64,000 nt of DNA, taken from Podarcis filfolensis. Its lineage: Eukaryota. Both the position numbers and the translations under genes were made by a program. Numbering within the stretch: position 1 is the stretch's first letter; each line of letters starts with the position of its first letter. The DNA lies in the NCBI GenBank assembly GCA_964270895.1, contig OZ185441.1. One strand, written 5' to 3'. A model generated the notes under the pieces. It ran no database searches and was not told the origin of the DNA. It saw only the letters and a list, made by a program, of their open reading frames with translations. Of the stretch, positions 59,967 to 64,000 are shown piece by piece.

Positions 59967-62900
59967 TAATGCCAGGATTTTCTGGCCTAGTCAAATCCAC
60001 CCTTACTTATCCTATTTTCTCCAAGACTCTATAGGTGCTGCATTTGACTCGAGTTTCTAAAACTTTGCTCATCTATAGAGATGTTTGTCAGGTTGAGCCA
60101 CAACTCTGAGTTTATGAGCCTGAACGTTGGTGCAACATTAATTCTTTGTGGCATTGTGCTGATAAGAGTATTTTGTACATCCCATTCAAAGTAGTTATAT
60201 GGTTGCCTCCAGACTGTCAATATTTAGTGGTAGGGATTCAAGCGCATACTGGAAATTTAGGATTGCCCAATTCAAGGGGATTTATGCAGCAAGCCCAGTT
60301 AGAAAAAACAACAAGTTATTTTGTGTGATGGGAAAATGCACTGAAAAGTGAGATGAACAAATGAATAACTGGAAGATGGTATAACCTCCCTGCAAGCAAA
60401 GCAGAAGGAATACCCAATTAAGGACAGTCATAGTATAACCTCTGTGTAAGCAAGAAAATTAGGTTGAATGCTCAATAAACAGGTCACCTGGAGTTGTCTG
60501 TGATTTATACTGCAAACCTTAGGCTTGGATTACATTAAAGGATAAACGTAGGGAACCAATGAAGAAATCGGTGTTGAGTCAGGGCAGCTCTTAAGTCTCA
60601 GTATGTTTCTTTCTTCTGCTGGAATCATATTTACTTTAACATTTGAGAGGCTGCTTATTCATCTTGTCTGCTCTTGGAATTTGTCTTCCTTTCAAGCAGA
60701 AGTTCCTTGTCATCGCTCAGAATGCTGAACAAAAGTAGACTGTTTTATAGATTTATAAATAACATTTATCCAGAATTCTGTTTTCTACGAAGTGCTGTAT
60801 GGCACTTTTTATGGTGGCTTGTTAGCAACAGTGATAAACTGGTGATAAAAGTTATTTACCCAACCAATATGAATTTATAGTCTGCAGGAATGGCTGCATG
60901 AAATACTTTTAAAAAACACCCCGATTCCACTCTTATTGCCTTGCAAAATCACAGTTTTCAATGCTCATTTGTTAAAGAACTGTTTGACCAATCAAAGGTG
61001 ATAAACTGTTTAAGATTTGGCTGAACTTCAAACATTAATTTTTTTTCAATTGTGAAAAGCAATAAAACATGTATTTCAGTTTGGGCCTTGAGTTCAAAGT
61101 TCAGAGTTTGTCAGATTCTGAGAACTGAATCAGCTGAGATAAAAGATCATGAACTTCCTGTAAGTTTTTCTGAAAGGTCATTGCAGGATATGGAGGCTGG
61201 TCTTTTGGCTATTGTTTTGAAGCTCAAATAAAGTCAGGAGCTAATTTTACAAAATTCATAAGCAAGGAGTTAATATTAATTAATGTGATGTGATGTTTAG
61301 CTCATCTCAGTGTTCATCTTTTAGTTGAGTGTGGAAGGATTTATTTGTGGGGGTGGGTAAATTTTCCTTGTTTATATCAGTGGTGGATGTATACTTTGAA
61401 TATCTTTTTTGTTTCTATGGTTTTGTTATTTTAATTGTATTTTTCTATTTTAAAATTTGTAAGTCGCTGAGAGAATGTCAATTGGTGTATTCAGTTCCTT
61501 AACTCCAAAAGGCTGCTGTTCTCCTTTCATCCATGTCTGCATTGTTTTGCATAGTCAGGGCTAAACAGAATAAGTGGCTGGGTGGAGGCTACTTAAAATT
61601 CCTCCTACCATCGATGGCCCACACAGCCTGCAAGTTATGAGAAGCAGCTTGCCTGGTGGATTGAGTAATGTTCCCTGTGTCTCTAAAAACCATGGTTTTT
61701 GCTGAAGGACATTGCCGGATCCATACTGATCTATTTAAACCGTCTGTCTGCCTTGGCTCTCTGTGAGAGAAACAAAGGCTGGAGAACAGCATTCCTATTT
61801 GCTCACTGATCTATATGGTGGTTGATCCTCATGGTAATTCATTTGTGTGTATTCTGGGTTTTGGATCCACTCACATTTCTGAATTGCATAGTAAAACTGA
61901 AGATGCTATACAGCAGACATGCATAGTTAGTTGCCATGTGTGCTTACTGTGTGGCTGCTTGGTCATATGGAACACTCCTAAAAGTGACCATGTGTTTACT
62001 TTCAACATCCTGTTCCATCCCAGAGCCTTTCTGCACATAATTCAAAGGGCATTCTGGCTGTATTGTAGGCATTCTGCAGATGCTGAGTTGATTTTAATGC
62101 TACTCTTATGCAGACTAGACCCACTGAAATTAATGGGTTGGGCACAACCCAGTGAATCTGGCTTATATGTCAGAAGTCAGTATTCCCTGGTACCTGCTTG
62201 AGCCATATCTTTAGTTGCTTCGCCACTCTCAACTCCTGAAGTCTGCTTCTCTTTGCTGCCATGGCCTGTTCTTCTGCCCAGAGATAGGAGCAAGAGGACC
62301 CCAGTTTGCCTTCTTCCTCTACAGATGGCCATGCAGATTAAGCCCAGAGGAAGAAGACAAGTGAATGGGCAGCAGTGACTGTGGCAAAGAGGAGAAGGGC
62401 TCGTTTCAGGAGGAGGCACTGAAGACATTTTGTTTAAGGCCTTCCCAAAACCTGGAGCTGGCAAATCACTGAATGAATAAAGTTTCAAGACATACAATAT
62501 TGTTAAACACACCCCAATTTCCAAGTTACGAAAGATGTAAGGGGTGCCAGCACACACTTCAGGTTTGGTTTCACTGGAATATCTTTGTGGTGGTGTTATT
62601 CACACATACAGCAGCTAAGCATAAAATGAAAGGGCTCACAACATTAGCACCTCAGCATATTTTGATTTTGCACCCGTTTCTATATGCTTTCAGCACAGAG
62701 AACAAGTCAAGCCTCTTCCTAAGTCTAGCTCACTCTGAGACAAGACTGGTTCTCTTAGACCCACCAATCATCACCGCATCTCCAGGCATTGGGGGTGGGG
62801 GGCTGTTCCCCTCTAGAAACATCACTAGCCAGTCATTTCAACAGCAACACATTTATACTTGACCAACTCTTTAGTTGTGCAAAGAGATAACTTAACAGAC

Positions 62901-63432
62901 TTGGCTAGCCCCATTCACTTAATAAAGGAACTGGTTCGACCATTTCAGTCAGTCCTTCTGCTATAGAATCACATCTTACAGATGTAAAACCACAGGTCTT
63001 GAGGTGTCCTAAATATGACATCTAGACCAAACCTCCAGTTCTATAACCATATAAAATTCATAAGAGGCTTTTCACACCAAAGCTTTACTGGATACATAGT
63101 CATAAACAAAGACATGTACACTGCTTAAGGCCTTACAATGCAGATGGGAATTTATGCCATCACCATTCACGCCTTGTAGAGCAAACGGAAGGTGTTTCAG
63201 ATCTCTCTCTAAACTGTCTAAGTACAGGTGTGCATCTCCTTTGGTTTGTATGCACAGCACCCAATCCAGCATGGGAATCTGGGCAGAAGCAATGTCTCTG
63301 CAAGTTCTGCCTTGCAGAATTAGTGTGACCAAGTGAAAAGGGTTTCCTCTGAGTGAACCCTTTGATGGATAATTAGACTAGGGCAAGATTGTATACAGCA
63401 CATATTTTGAACATTCTTGCATTTTTTGTCAG

Positions 63433-63611
63433 TTGCTGGTCCTTTGTGGGAAACCACCGAAAAGGGAGGCAAGAACTCTCCATAGGAGCCAACTGTGACA
63501 GGATTGGGACGATTGAGCATGAATTCCTTCATGCATTGGGATTCTGGCATGAACAGTCACGATCTGATCGAGATGATTATGTCACAATAATGCGAGACAG
63601 AATTCAAGAGG
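63433..63611 (+). CDS. MEP1B: MEP1B exon 7, astacin catalytic zinc-binding motif (179 nt)
   Basis: CWSFVGNHRKGRQELSIGANCDRIGTIEHEFLHALGFWHEQSRSDRDDYVTIMRDRIQE; HExxHxxGxxH with the beta-type GFWH; the gene continues past the window. Confidence 0.97.
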
Positions 63612-64000
63612 GTAAGCTAATTTACCTTCCTTTTAATTTAAATCCATTGATAGATTTCATCTGTACAGCTTCTCATTCAACCTGAATCTCATTAAAGCTT
63701 TCTGACTTGGATGGCAATGTCTAAAATGTGATGCATTGTTATATACTCTCTGCTCCTCCAAGCAATTCAAGGGGCAGTGCTGCCAGGTTTAGGTTTCCCT
63801 TTGGGTGACGGCACACACACTTGTGGCACCTTTAGAATATTTGCTTTGCCTCTCAATATGTGAGCAGAGCATGAGTGAAGGTAAACAGGACTCTTCTACA
63901 GTGATCTCCCCCCAATTGCATCTTGATCTACTTCCAGGCTGCACCTCCAATTTCACCATGCTCCAGCTTGAAACTCCCCTTTCTCTTTAAAACAGGAAAC

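Noticed and set aside
1-64000. A novel multi-gene biological system
   Set aside because: All convincing coding sequence is accounted for by four known genes and decayed retroelement ORFs. No unexplained long ORF, endogenous viral gene or horizontally acquired cassette was seen.

Overview
Vertebrate genomic DNA, most likely from a lacertid lizard. This is inferred from Sauria/Squam1-type and Squam3-like SINEs plus amniote-like protein sequences. The window holds the conserved amniote gene block TRAPPC8(-) / RNF125(+) / RNF138(+) / MEP1B(+). TRAPPC8: coding exons 1-2 only; the gene runs off the left edge. RNF125: six coding exons, 690 nt, 229 aa, complete. RNF138: seven coding exons, 738 nt, 245 aa, complete. 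MEP1B: exons 1-7 through the HEFLHALGFWH zinc-binding motif; the gene runs off the right edge. All exons were assembled by hand with GT-AG junctions and continuous reading frames. Introns and intergenic DNA carry many decayed or non-autonomous mobile elements: eight copies of a TA-flanked Tigger/pogo-like MITE family, Tc2-like and hAT MITEs (several with intact 8-bp TSDs), a 723-bp solo LTR, L1, L2 and CR1 fragments, and nested insertions. I found no convincing novel multi-gene system. The best leads are regulatory or structural. They are a uORF overlapping an in-frame upstream ATG that could add 40 aa to RNF138, a perfect CLEAR palindrome at the TRAPPC8 promoter, an ISRE-like site before RNF125, an inverted MITE pair around MEP1B exon 6, a triple-hairpin hAT MITE, and an RT-less L1 derivative. 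Family and orthology assignments rest on recalled motifs and sequences, not on database searches.
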